A stretch of DNA of 62,986 nt, counting the filler, from Octopus bimaculoides (Eukaryota): the NCBI RefSeq assembly GCF_001194135.2. It is 5 parts of 5 records of this genome, joined end to end, with 100 filler letters (N's around TTAATTAATTAA, not from the genome) between each part and the next. Parts side by side here need not be neighbours in the genome. Positions count along the whole stretch, not along the records: positions 1 to 30,441 come from NC_068981.1; 4 more parts are not named here. The stretch is one strand, 5' to 3'. Below the pieces are notes generated by a model. It made no database searches. It was not told the origin of the DNA and was given only the letters and a program-made list of their open reading frames with translations. Position numbers and translations under genes: made by a program. The number at the start of each line of letters is the position of its first letter. Within the stretch, counting starts at the first letter, position 1. Positions 1 to 13,169 of the stretch are shown piece after piece.

Positions 1-32
<32 letters not shown>

Positions 33-924
33 ACAACATCAATAGCAGTTACACTTCACTACAACACTAACCACTCCCCAAAACAATACGAAAAGTGACA
101 ACAAAACACCATCGAGATACAACATTAACATTACCAGATCCGCAATTGGGTAAGTTAGTGTTAACATAGGTAATTCAATGAGGATTAAACACCTAATTAG
201 AAATAATGAGCTTAATCACCAAAGAAGTTTTAATCATCTAAGAAATGACGAGGGACAATTCTAGAAAAGTTTCGTTTTTATCACGTTTCTTCTAAAATGT
301 ATAGACTTCGTTATGTTTACTGAAGTAGTGATGAGAGAATCAACAAGAAGTTATATAATGCTGTACACATGTAGGTGCGAAAAAAATTAACTTAAATTAA
401 AGATATGGAGATTAATTACTGAGAAACGTCCCTAGGTAATTAGCACCAGTGATCTATATTTATAATTATCTAATGCACATCCATATACATACGTTCTATA
501 TTGTACGTCTACGCATATCTACATTTCTTATCGCAAGTAATATCAGCACAAACAGTAATAGTAAAAAGAAAGCCGCCTACACGAGCATAACACTTCAGTG
601 AAATACGCAGCTATCACAAAAAAAAAATCATCATAAACGCCGCATATACAACCAACTACAAGCATCATCACTGCCATAAACACAAGTCCACTACAAACAT
701 CACCAGGAACATGACTGCCATAACAGCAGTAACACCACACCTATACGACAAACACCACTTCCATTAACATTACTGTTACAAACACCACTGCCACAAATAG
801 TGCTTCCATTAACGCCACCACCACCAATATCGCTTCTACTAACACCACCACCACCACCACCACCACCACCACAAACATTATCACTACTACTGGCTTCCCG
901 TCGATTATGACGACGAGGATTCCA

Positions 925-1160
925 GTTCATCAACAGAATATCCTGTTCGTGAAATTAACCTACAAGTGACTGAGCCCTCCGCAAACACGCGTACCATTAT
1001 TGTAGTTCTCAGGTGATCCAGCGTGAGACAGAATATGACAAGGTTGTAGCAACGTGAGTAACAGTTTCTTGTTAAAAGACACAATGTGCCACGGAAATCG
1101 AACTCACAACCTTATGATCTTTGGCTGAAAACCCTTATCACAATAGGTACGCGCCTTCAC
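925..1160 (-). mobile_element. tRNA-derived SINE, family C (degraded, internally deleted), approximate ends
   Basis: The minus strand begins with a tRNA-like head (A-box-like and B-box-like gtgagttcgatttcc). The body matches 49478-49820 (ttcacgagcaggctgttc-like 3' segment). Confidence 0.7.
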
Positions 1161-1500
1161 TCTCTATCGCCATGAATGATTGTTGCAACACACTGCTATC
1201 GAAAGCCTGTATCTCTTTGCAGATAACAGAAAAATAAGTCGTCTGATCTGCGACGAATAGAAGTAAAATGAGTCTTGAATCACATCATATCATCATTAAA
1301 AATTCGAAAGATGCATTGGCTAATTTAGTCCAAGATAATATATGTCTGAATAAAGATTAAGGTTTTGTCACCCTTACAGTGTTTGTGGTCGGAAGGTCTG
1401 TTTAGTCAAGGAAGACCTGTGATAAAATATAACAGCAAAAGGTCCCTCATTTTAGTGTTTTACCTTCGAAGGTTTTTATTTTAATATTCTCTTAATATAA

Positions 1501-1721
1501 GGCGGCGAGCTGGCAGAAACGTCATCATGCCGGGCGAAATGCTTAGCAGTATTTCGTCTGTCTTTACGTTCTGAGTTCAAATTCTGCTGAGGTTGACTTT
1601 TCCTTTTATCCCTTCGGGATCGATAAATTACGTACCAGTTGCGCACTGGTGCACTGGTGTCGATCTAATCGAGTGACTCCATGCCCGAAAAGTTTCGGGC
1701 CTTGTACTTCGAGTAGAAAAG
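1501..1721 (+). mobile_element. tRNA-derived SINE, family A (GGCGGCGAGCTGGCAGAA head), with target-site duplication
   Basis: A-box-like TGGCAGAAACG, B-box GAGTTCAAATTC and the conserved body cctttcatcc..ggtcgataaatt..gtaccag. Flanking direct repeat aatattctctta(a/t)tata at 1483-1499 and 1722-1738. Confidence 0.9.
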
Positions 1722-1869
1722 AATATTCTCTTATTATATTGATTCTTCTTCCCAAACACCAGAGCTCTTCTTTCTTAATGCGTTCGATATAGAAATAGTC
1801 AATGAAAATTAAATATTGAGAATTGACAAAATAAAGAGAACTGAAGTATTATTCCTTTTTATTATAGTC

Positions 1870-2410
1870 ACATGGCCTGGTAAAATTTGGGAAGACGCTA
1901 GTCGATTACATCGACCTCCGTACTCAACTGGTACTAATTTTATCGACCTTGGAATTTGAACTTTGCTCATGAAGACGGAGGAAATGCCGCTAAGCATTTA
2001 GCCCGTTGCAGTATCGATGAGATCTGATGTAATATTCATTTCAAATTTTGGGACAAGGCCAGCAAGGTTGAGGCAGAGGGTAAGTCGATTACATCGACCA
2101 TAGTACATAACTGGTACTTTTTTTATCGACCTCGAAAGGATGAAAGGAAAAAGTCGACCTCGGCGGAATTTGAACTACAGTAAAAATCTTGCCCAGCGTG
2201 CTAATGATTCTGCCAACTCGCCGCCTAAACCTGAGGTAATAGCCTAACCACATAATGGTTTCTGATTCCGATACAAGACCGGTAATTTTGAGGGGGGCAT
2301 GAAGTAATCAATACCTTCGACCCTAATTCGAGACAGGTAATTTGCTTTATCGAGACCGTGGGGGAAGTGAGCTGAAATACAAAGTTGACTTCGGCGGTAT
2401 TCATACCTTT
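1870..2410 (-). mobile_element. cluster of three family A SINE fragments (approx 1870-2010, 2040-2225, 2270-2410)
   Basis: Reverse-complement matches to the family A body (gtcgattacatcgacc, ttatcgacc, ggaatttgaactc); the head ccaactcgccgcc ends at 2225. Confidence 0.8.
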
Positions 2411-4829
2411 CAAAGAGTCGTATAAAATAGAGCGGAGAATATTATCGGGCGCTAAAACTCTTCAGCCAGTGCATTGCTCCTTTTCTAGGCTATGTAATGA
2501 AGCCATATTCTTTCTGTCTAACTTTGACATCATTGAAATTTATATGCTTTAATCTTTATCTCATTGTAATTAACTACTCAGAAGTAAGACGCGTTCCTCG
2601 ATTCGTTTAGACACAGAATATAAGATAGCAAATCAACTACCAGTTATTCAGTGCTATCCACAGTATTGTTCTGGGTCGACACGTCGTACTTATTTGCATA
2701 TATGCGTATAGACGTATTTGGAAGTTGAGGGTTTTGAACCTGAACACGTTACCACCATAACATGAATACGTAACCGGCAGTCTGACATCTTATTTATGCA
2801 GTCAGCTGCCAATCATATTGGACGATGTAATATTTCATATCACATGCTTCACGCAATATATTCTACATACTGTACACACTCATGTTATACACGCACAGTC
2901 TTTTATGTAAGAATTTATATAAGATAAATTGAAATGTTTGCTCACGCACACAAAAAGATTGATGGATAAATTCATACATATACACATGCATACATGTATA
3001 TGTAAATATATTGATGGCTAGATAGAGGGAAAGATACTTAAGTATGTGCATTAAATTCAATGAATGGTCGATTTACTTTCTTATTTTGAAACGTTTTGGC
3101 ATGTTTCTATCTATTGCTTTTTGTATATCAGATTTTGGAGGTTACGTATTGGTTTCGGTCAGGATATTAGAAGACGTATTATTATTAATCTCTGATTTCC
3201 ACTACCAACATAACCATTGAAAATCTGGAAACATAACTTCTAGGGTTTGTTTGATTCAAATGAATCAAACAAACTCTTTGAATAAATACGAATATTCAAA
3301 CTTGTATATGAAAATATATGAATCGAGGGATTTATAAATATTGAAATTTCATGGCCACAGGGAATTCATAATTTAATAAGCTTATCCTGAAAAGCAAGCA
3401 ATAGCTACCATCGAATACATGAAACTGAAATTTATTTAGTTTCAAGTTTGACCCAACTGTGTATTCAAACGCAGTCAGGTCAAATTCCCTGTGTGTATAT
3501 ATGTCCAAGCGTAATTTGAAGTTCATCTTTGTTGACAATGATGAGGGTTTATTTACGAACACTGTTTGCAAGTTAAGCTTGATATAGAGAGAAAATATAT
3601 CTCAAATATGAGTATTTCATAATCGACATTACCAACGTGCATCATATCAAACAATGATGGGTGCCTTCATACTGATGCTGGACCTGTTTGGAATAGCAAT
3701 AATATCTTCCCTAAAGTTATAGGTTTTTCAACCTTGTATGCGAATCAAAGGATTTATATATATATTGAAATTTTATGATAACAGTGAACTCATAATTTAA
3801 TAACCTGAACCCGGCAACGGAACAATAGTTTAATATTTATTTAGTATCAAGTTTGACCTAGCTATGTACTCAATGCCAGTTAACTCAAGTTAGCTCACGT
3901 TTGTGTGTATGTGAGAGCACGCATGTGTGTGTGTGGGGGGTGTAAAACTACTAATGTATCACACAAAATGTAGTAAACAATCTTTAAAAAAAATAATTGT
4001 ATCGAAAATAAGATATAGAAAGCATAAACATTTAGTGATCTTGCCTATGCACAGATGAGAACTACCGGTTAGGTTGGCTTAGAGCACCTTACGTCTCTTC
4101 CTACTCACTCACCATTGATCAGTCAGTAAACCTCTCGCTAGCTATAGCGCCCGTTTAAAGTTTGTTAGTGTTATACTCGACAGCAACACGTTATCAGGAA
4201 GCATGTGCCAGTTGATTCCCCTGTTTTACTTCTTCTAATGCCATATTTCTCTTGGTGTGTCTCCCATTTTATCAACTGAATTGCACCTCAGTAATCAAAG
4301 CATCACCAGAATATTCCCCGCCACCATAAAAATGTGGTACTGTCTGAGAAATCTTAATTTCAAACATGGAACAACGGTGAATCTTAATTCATCGTCCACC
4401 TCATCGTTTTTATTTGTTGTTTTGAGAAAGGTACTCTTCCTTATCTGTTTCAGTTCTTTTCCGGTGATGGTCCTCTTTCTTTTTATTTTCCTCTTCCACG
4501 TTCTTTCTGAGGGTCTGGAAACTTAGCCTCACAGCGATCACTTCTCATTTTTCACAGGACGACCGAGTGTTGCTGGTATTAGTGCTGTGGGAACCGAGAT
4601 CTGTTGCTAGTGATTTGCTGATGACAATTTCCCATTCTTATCTCCTTCACTATCAATGCTCGCCTGACCTGAGTAATAACCTCCAGCTTCCTCTCCGTCT
4701 CCTAGGACCGAGGACAAAACAAACTCATCTGCTAATTCCAAAGCTTCGACCGCCGGTATAATTGGGGAGGTACTCTACAGATAATGTTGTTGTCCTTTTT
4801 CGTTTATTTTTTAAATGTTAGCCGCAGAA

Positions 4830-5190
4830 AACTTTGATGTGGTCCTTGCTGTCAGAAATATAACAATTCAGCCGTCAATTTTACATTGTCATTCTCATTG
4901 GGCGTATTTCTTCGCCACAGTTGGGTGCAGAACAGGAATGAGGTTGTTTTGTGGTGCCAGAACTCGTAAATCTATACACACTCCTCTCAAATGCATTTCA
5001 TTTCACGTTATTCTAGATTTCACAATCTACCCAACACAAAGGCAATGATGTGGCAAGGTTTAATGTTATTGACAACGACGTTCAGTCAACGTTTTATTGC
5101 AGTGACCAATGTACTGTGGCAAATGTCTGGATCTTACCACTCTAGCCCGCGTTCCTGGTTTCGCCCACGGACCTTCCCCAATGCCAAACA
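4830..5190 (-). mobile_element. decayed Penelope-like GIY-YIG endonuclease remnant, approximate ends
   Basis: Manual minus-strand translation gives QYIGHCNKTLTERRCQ* (cf. YIGxTxRxLxxRxxxH) and downstream NDNVKLTAELLYF*QQGP (cf. KLxIAEALxIxxxxP), with multiple stops. Confidence 0.4.
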
Positions 5191-5221
5191 GTACTGAAAA
5201 CTTCACTTCATCTAATAGAAA

Positions 5222-5457
5222 GGCGGCGAGCTGGCAGAAATGTTAGCGCACCGGGCGAAATGCTTAGCGGTATTTCGTCTGCTGCTACGTTCTGAGTTCA
5301 AATTCCACCGAGGTCGACTTTGCCTTTCATCCTTTAGAGGTCGATAAATTAAGTACCAGTTACGCACTGGGGTTGATGTAATCGACTTAATCCCTTTGTC
5401 TGTCCTTGTTTGTCTTCTCTATGTTTAGCCCCTTGTGGGCAATAAAGAAACAAGAAA
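5222..5457 (+). mobile_element. family A SINE, near-intact copy with 'alpha' tail
   Basis: Full head, B-box and body; tail ctctatgtttagccccttgtgggcaataaagaaa. Confidence 0.9.
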
Positions 5458-5794
5458 GAGTGCTGTACCAAACATCGGTTAGTGCCTATTTCGATTCATT
5501 TGCACGAGAAACATAAAAATTCTCCTTGTTTCTTTCTGTAAGGCAGAAATACATCAATTCTTTTAATTCTTGGAGAGAAACATGGGAGACAGAGGCTTGT
5601 AATATAGTTCTGCCAAACTCGTATCTCTAACAGGTATTCACCTGCGTTCAAAATTTCCTCATTTTCAATCGTATTTGCAAATATGCGCATGCAAAGCAAT
5701 GTTGCCATTGTTGCTGTTATTGTTGAGCGAATCTTTTTTGTATCAGAAACACAGTGCGCGCACGCGTACGTGTCTGTGCGCGCGCACGCGTTAA

Positions 5795-6210
5795 TTTACT
5801 CTCTTTTACTCTTTTACTCTTTTACTTGTTTCAGTCATTTGAATGCGGCCATGCTGGAGCACCGCCTTTAATTGAGCAAATCGACCCCAGGGCTTATTCT
5901 TTCTAAGCGTAGTACTTATTCTATCGGTTCCTTTTGCCGAACTGCTAAGTTACGGGGATGTAAACACACCAGCATCGGTTGTCAAGCGATGTTGGGGGGA
6001 CAAACACAGACATACAAACACACATACACATAAATATACATATATATACGACGGGCTTCTTTCAGTTTCCGTCTACCAAATCCACTCACAAGGTATTGGT
6101 CGGCCCGAGGCTATAGTAGAAGACACTTGCCCAAGGTACTACACAGTGAGACTGAACCCGGCACCATGTGGTTGGTAGCAAGCTACTTACCACACAGCCA
6201 CTCCTGCGCC
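5795..6210 (-). mobile_element. tRNA-derived SINE, family B (CORE-like ccttgggcaagtg segment, internal TA/TG microsatellite)
   Basis: The minus strand reads ggagtggctgtgtggtaagtagc..ccgggttcagtctcactgtgtagtaccttgggcaagtg; the 3' tail is (gagtaaaa)n. Confidence 0.85.
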
Positions 6211-6449
6211 TTTGTTCATTAAAGATGAGTATCTTCCTAGTTGATGTTAAAAGGTGATACCAATCAAGCGAAACGAAGGAAAAATATTTCAATGTAGCGT
6301 CTCCTTTGTCTACAAAAGGCACGCAAATATTTAAATATTTGCAATGGTACTCACATTTAATTAGAAAATGTATCTATATTTAAGCAACATTAAGAATTCC
6401 AAACTTCGGAACCGAAAGGAAACACATTTGGCTCGAATGCAGAAAAATG

Positions 6450-6487
6450 ACAGCAGCAGTGGCAGTAACAGTAGTAGTAGCAGCAAC

Positions 6488-6567
<80 letters not shown>
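6450..6567. repeat. (TAG/CAG)n trinucleotide microsatellite
   Basis: Direct read; explains the poly-Ser/Leu/Thr ORFs at 6361-6636. Confidence 0.95.
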
Positions 6568-6991
6568 CCACCAACATGAACATCTAATAACTAGTAAACC
6601 TATATTGGAAACATTGTGAGCTTTTGCAGCAGTCAATACCGATTACCAGGAAGGATTTTGGGAAGAAATTCTTCGCATCAATCCTGTGACCAGTATAAAC
6701 TATGCCCTGTAGGAAAACAACTTACGTTCACAAGAACTGATTCAGGTGACTTAATCCTTCCAAAAAGAAAAATAACTTGCCGCATACACACACACACTCA
6801 CGTACACACACACACATACACACATACGCACACACACACACATACAGATAAATAGATAAATATAAATATATACAAGCCCACAGTATATTTTTGTCTCTAG
6901 AACACTAAGACCATTAAGCCGCTGTCCCCTCTCTCTCTCTGTCCCTGTATACACACACACACGCTCACACACACATACACACATATATATA

Positions 6992-7055
<64 letters not shown>

Positions 7056-8274
7056 CATATACAGATATGATCAAACTGAAACATAAAGAACATCATAACA
7101 TGAGTTGATTACCTTTATTCAGTGATGATTAAACATATGTATGGTGGCTAAACAGGGAAATCAAACATGTTCTGAATGAAGAGAAATAATTGCGCCTATT
7201 CAGACGGATGAGGAAACTATAGAAATTAAAGCAATGTCAATTTAGACCAAGAATATAGAAAAATATAGAATTACTTTCTCCTAACCCACGTGGCAGTAAT
7301 GCTCTTAGCTAATAAGAACGACTCCTCTATAAGGAAGTCGCCCTGTTAGAAATGAAAGCTAAATGTCACTCATTATAGTTTAGCATTTCCGAAACATAAG
7401 ATCGTTGGATAATGTAATCCTTCATTAATATTGTTTGATACAAGCCTGGATGGAATTCCCTTGACCAGCGTTTAGCTCAGTTAGAGCTAATCATGAGCCA
7501 ACCACAGCAACAGCTGTTATGCTACGCTGAGGTAAGTACAAGTGATATTAATACAAATGATACTGGACTATGGTAAGGTGTTTCTTGTCTTTCAATCTCT
7601 GAAAGCTTTCTTACGGACGGAACATGAATTCAGAAGGTATTTTTGGTAAAAACAATATCACTTACTAGAAGAGTGACAGCACAATGTCGATGTAAGAAAG
7701 TCATAGAAATACCGAGGTTATCTTATTCGACAATGAAGAAAATAGAACATTTTCCTCAGATTAGTCGTTTTAGTTGTGGAGGCAAATAAATCGTTGATGT
7801 GTAGAATGTATAGAGCAGAAGACAGAAATCAAGTCTAGCGTAGATAAGAGCTGGTTGAAAGTGGATCACAAAGAGCTTCATCAACACACCTTGTGATGCT
7901 GCAATCTGATGGGAAGCTACATATCCAGAGGTGAGAGATGGATAGAGTTCGTAGGCGGGGACTTTCGATAAGAGATCTGCATGCCAGAGAGGGTCGAAAT
8001 GTTGGCTGATGACCAGGGAAGATTATTTTTATCATCGAGCTTTCTAACGCCCCCTGGTAAGCTCTTGTTTTAGAGAGATCAAGAGAATTGAACTCGTACC
8101 ATCTTGAAGAAGGAAATAGATATATATAAAGCAAGATTATTTTATTAGAGTCAGAATTAAGAAAATTTCAACTAAGTCATATTTAGGTATTTGGGTTTTA
8201 GTAAACAAGGAAAAAAGTCACTAATATGTCCACTATGGGACAAATAAATATTGTGTCAGCCACTAGAAATTCTT

Positions 8275-8697
8275 TTTCTTCTCTAGACACAAAACCCGAA
8301 ATTTGTGGGGAGGGGACCAGTCGATTAGATCGACCCCAGTACGCAACTGGCACTTAATTTATCGACCCCGAAAGTAAGAAAGGCAAAGTAGACCTCGGCG
8401 GAACTTGGACACAGAAGTGAAGTCAGACGAAATACCGCTGAGCATTTCGCCCGGCGTGCTAAAGTTTCTTATTTTTTTATTGCCTACAAGGGGCTAAACA
8501 TAGAGGGGACAAACAAGGACAGGCAAGGACATTAAATCGATTACATCGACCCCAGTCCGTAACTGGTACTTAATTTATCGACCACGAAAGGATGAAAGGT
8601 AAAGTCGACCTCAGAATTTGAACTCAGAACGTAACGGCAGACGAAATACCGCTAAGCATTTCGCCCGGCGTGCTAACGTTTCTGCCAATTAACGCCT
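8275..8697 (-). mobile_element. head-to-tail dimer of family A SINE units with two different 3' tails
   Basis: On the minus strand, unit 1 (8697 to ~8470) ends in the alpha tail and runs through agaaac directly into unit 2 (ttagcacgccgggcg..), which ends in the beta tail (cccctccccacaaatttcggg..tctagagaaaaagaa). Confidence 0.85.
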
Positions 8698-10559
8698 TCA
8701 GCCACAAGAAATTGATTTAGAAATTGCAGATTATGAAGCTCTTCCATTAGTTGATAAAATGCGGAAGAAAAGTGGTTTGGTCATGTGAAATGAGAGTCTA
8801 ACCCTCTAGTCCTTGCGGATATGATCATGTATGGATAAATTCATGGCCATAAATGTATAAGGAAACCATGGAAGAAGCGGTTAAGCCACACCAAGGATTG
8901 CACAGAGAAGAAGGTGATGAGAAGTAGAAGGGTGGATTACCATTAGAAAAGTTGGAGGAGGATTTTGTGTATATTGTTGTTCACTTATGACATCCTGAGG
9001 TTAGAGACATTGATTAACTGATTGCCAGAAAGAAATAGCCATCTTGCTGGTATTCGATCTCAGACTACAGAGCTGCTGAACTGAATTATGCAATGCATTT
9101 AATGTGTTATTCTAAAGTTATGGCTACGTTGGAGTAGTAATCATATATATAATTCTTGTTGTGACTGTTGTTGCTAATAACTTATTTGGGTTGGAATTGC
9201 CATTATAATCGTCGTCAATATTGTGATTAATTCTAATGATATTGTGGTTTATTAATATAAGATTTATCATTTTACTCGCCCCCGCCCTCCTTTGTCTCTC
9301 TCTCTCTCTCTCTCTGTTGCCTTCATCACCAACACTATTCCCACAACTACCACCACCATCATCATTATTATCATCATCATCATCATCATCAACATCACCG
9401 TCATCATCATCGTCGTCGTCGTCATCATAATCATCATCAACATGTTCCTATAATTTGTCGTTGTAATTTCGCCTCGCTATTTCGAGTACGTCTCAAGACG
9501 GAGATGTTGCTAATTTAGTGAATCTATCTCTAGGCAGACAAATCGATATAAACAACAAACACAACAACTACAACAATAACAACAACAACAACAATCTTAG
9601 TAGCAGAAACAACAAATCAACAACTACAATAACAACATCAATATGTCACTAGAATGTCTTAGTCTCTTCAATAATAAACGCAACATCATCAACTGAGAAA
9701 ACAAAATGTCTCTTTAAATAATTTTATCTTTCATTTGTTTTTTTCTTTTTTTTTTTCTGCACATAGTTTCTACAATTTTTTAAGATTGAAATATTTACGA
9801 ATAATTTTTAAGGATAATGATTTCCTAAAATATATTTTATCATCTGTTTTATGTTGTTTCTAGTGTTACTTTGCGATAAGTAGAATGCGTAAAAAAATAT
9901 TGTAATGCCTACTGGGAAATAATTAAGATTAAGAATGTCGGAAAAAACATTGTTAGTTCTTTTGGCGGAATATTATAAGAAGATGCTTTAAGCAGGCAAG
10001 GAAATATTATAAATTAAAGGTTTTTATCTACAAATATGCGATTTTAATAGACACTCTATGTATATATTAACGCATTTAATCTATGCTGTATATTGATTTC
10101 TAATTTTGGCAAAAATCCATTAATGTTTTAGAAAGTTACTTAGGCGATTGAATCTGCACGAGTTAGGTACATAGGTTTCGATCCTAGAGAGAGTAAGAGT
10201 AACGTATAGTGGGTAGGATTTGAACTCGGAATGTAAAGAGATGTAACTACCTACTGCACTATATATAGTATAGCAGTACAACTTAATATATAATCAATCA
10301 TTGATTTGTGTGTGTGTTTGGGTGGTTGCAGGTATGTTTGAGCGTTTGAGAGAGACGATTTGATTTTATGTTTGCATGTGTGTATCTATTATTTATATAC
10401 AAACGTACATACGCGCGCATGCACAAACATTCACATACACACACACACACATACATATATATGTATGTATGTATTTATGTATGTATGTATGTATGTATGT
10501 ATGTATGTATGTATGTATGTATGTATGTATGTGTGTGTGTGTGTGTATGTATGTATATA

Positions 10560-11700
10560 TTCCGAAAATAATGGCCGATTTCAGAAGCAATTTATTTTAT
10601 TCTGGAAAAAATAATAGAAACGTTTTGATTAGACAAAGTATAAGCCGAGAACATCTATGAATCTCTGCCATCGCTCAACGAGATTATTTATGCCTCGTTG
10701 ATAAAAAAAGTTATTGGCTTTGATGCTAAGAAATCTTTCAAAGCTGATTCCACCTCTGGTTTGGAGCTGAAAGTTTTATCACATAAAAAACGGGTTTAAA
10801 TGCTTTAAAAAATGGTAGTCAGTGAGTGAAAGATCTGGAGAATATGAAGGATGTGGTAAAGTCTTGTATCCCAAGTCATTCTTGCAACATGTGGCTTTGC
10901 ATTATTGTGGAGCAGAATTGGGCCACTCCGATTCACCAATGCAGGTCTCATTTTTTTGCAAGTGAGCTTGCATTTCAGCGAATTGATTGCAGTAAACCTC
11001 TGCTGTAATTCTCTGATTGGCTTCCAGAAAGCTGTAATGGACAACACCAAATGCTGACCACCAGACAATCACCATAATAATTTGCTGATGCATCTTTGGC
11101 TTTGGGAAATATTTGGGAGACTCATCACGATCAGGTCATTGACCTGATCGTTTACGGTTATCATAAAGGATCCACTTTTCGTCACAATTGTCTATTCGGT
11201 CCAGAAGAGGATCATTGTTGTTTCGCAGAAGGAACATCGAGCACATTTCAAAGCGCCGAAATTTTTGATTTTCCTCGAATTCATGCGGTAGATATTTATC
11301 GAGCTTTTTCACCTTACCATTATTCTGCAGATAGTGGGAGACCGTTGCAATACCGACACCAAGTACCTGACACAGTTCTCTGACACTTTGACGTGGGTTT
11401 TTGTTCAATAATTGCTTTCGATGGTTCATTCTCAAGACTACATGACCGCCCTCTAACGTCTTCATAGTCAAGGCTCTCATTACCACTACGGAATTCCTGA
11501 AACCACCCTCTCCCTATGCTCTGTTGATATTGACTGCAGTTTGGGAGGCATTGTGCCCAAGCTTGAACTGATGCAAGAAAAGTAAGCGAAGATCCTTTTT
11601 TGTCATGTTCATAATTAAGGCCGCCTAAGCTCCAAGAATGATTTTTGTCTGAAATAAGTAAATTATTATTAAAGAGCATACATTAATTATTAAGTATGTC
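10560..11700 (-). mobile_element. decayed mariner (DD34D-type) transposon, frameshifted transposase; 5' end uncertain
   Basis: ORF-track fragments GWFQEFRSGNESL, KKLDKYLPHEF, LDRIDNCDEKWILYDNRKRS, VIVWWSAFGVVHYSFL and GPILLHNNAKPHVAR. C-terminus ..ERWQRFIDVLGLYFV* ends near 10629. Confidence 0.9.
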
Positions 11701-11959
11701 GAAATTCACCTAAAATATAATTAAAATACTACGATAAAATTGCGTTTCAAAACACCACACCTAGAGCGGCTATTATTTTAAGAACAACCTACCTACCTAC
11801 CTACCTACCTATCTATCTACCTACCTACATACCTACACACACATACATACATACATACAAACATACATACATACATACATACATATTAGCGACTGAGGTG
11901 GTATTAATACGGTGAGTTAATAATTATCGCTACTTAATTATGTGTTCCGCTAGAACAAA

Positions 11960-12170
11960 TTATACTGCGGTAGTTGTCATGAAAGAAACTCTCACATTGG
12001 TTTTTGATGCATAACGCACTCTTATTTATATCGCTAGCGAGTAGATAAATCCCCGTCACCTCCACCGTGATCACGTGATTTCGACCTTCCTTGGTCTCAC
12101 CAATATATTGACTCATAGTTCCGGGGGCAATTTGAACATGTAAAATCAGATCTTTTTTTAATAAACTCAT
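11960..12170 (-). mobile_element. decayed Penelope-like GIY-YIG remnant
   Basis: FTCSNCP (CxxC) followed, after a frameshift, by SQYIGETK. Confidence 0.45.
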
Positions 12171-13169
12171 CTACACAAGTTTTATCTCTCTTACCAAACA
12201 AAAAGAGAAAAAAGAAAGAAATTTAGGATCTAATCATTTTGAATCTAGACCATGACTACAGTGAAAGTGACCCTGACTATTGACGAAGAGACTAAAAACT
12301 TGTAGATGTTTACATTGTATACAAACTAGCATTCAGCTAATCTAGTCAGTCAAATATGTATAAGTGTGGAAGCGCCAAGGATATGTAATAATTGATTCAT
12401 TGTAAAGAACACATTGTTTCCGGATAATTTTAATGTATCTCATAAATTACTTAAATAATCAAACAGGTATTTTTTATTCTGTTCACGAAAAGTAAACATG
12501 TTAGTTACAATGCACTATTTATCTCCACTTGGACGGGAAATATGAAATTTTGATCAATCTCTAGATTCATTAGAATTTTATCTGACGAAAACAATATTAA
12601 TCTTTTGTCTGAAGTAATATTAATAGCTTATAGTTATTTATAGCTATTTAAACTCATGAACTCAGTTAATCAGGTCAAATTTGCATAACAATGCTTGTAC
12701 TGACAATATAAATTAATTAAAATGTTTTTGATAAATAACTCAAGGAGTGACGTACTTAATGTAATATGCAAAATGTTCTTAATTAATTGAAGTTTCTTTC
12801 TTAGTCACGGAAAAAAATCTAACGGGTGATAGTTTGAAGAATGTGAAAATTAATTTGATTTAATCTCCAATAATTTATTTACATGCTTAGGCTAAACTCT
12901 GATCTTTTATTTCAGACAGGGACAGGAATATGTTTCTTTCCATTAGACAATGTTTATAGCATACTTCACTCAAACCTACCCGCTCAGTTAATGAAGACTT
13001 TTACATGGAATTACGAATAGGTTTTGGCCAATATAATTTGCATAAGTAGAACATTTGAAACTAACATAAGAAAACAACTCAAATAAAACAATGATTTGAA
13101 TTTGGACAAATAAATTATGAGGTGATATACATGAATCACTCCTCCCACCATACGCACACAAATACGCGT

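Noticed and set aside
6633-6745. AG/GT-bounded open frame (QYRLPGRILGRNSSHQSCDQYKLCPVGKQLTFTRTDS)
   Set aside because: Weak donor (gtgact), no recognisable domain, and it sits between microsatellites; compatible with chance.
7445-7531. Apparent 87-nt exon (PGWNSLDQRLAQLELIMSQPQQQLLCYAE) with a strong GAG|gtaagt donor
   Set aside because: The sequence resembles the decayed 3' end and (CAA)n tail of SINE-like family E, and the acceptor lacks a pyrimidine tract. Exonisation cannot be excluded without RNA data.
7835-8134. 99-aa minus-strand ORF with faint resemblance to the Penelope post-RT region (LWICSFPSDCSITRC)
   Set aside because: The similarity is too weak to call by eye; it needs a profile search.
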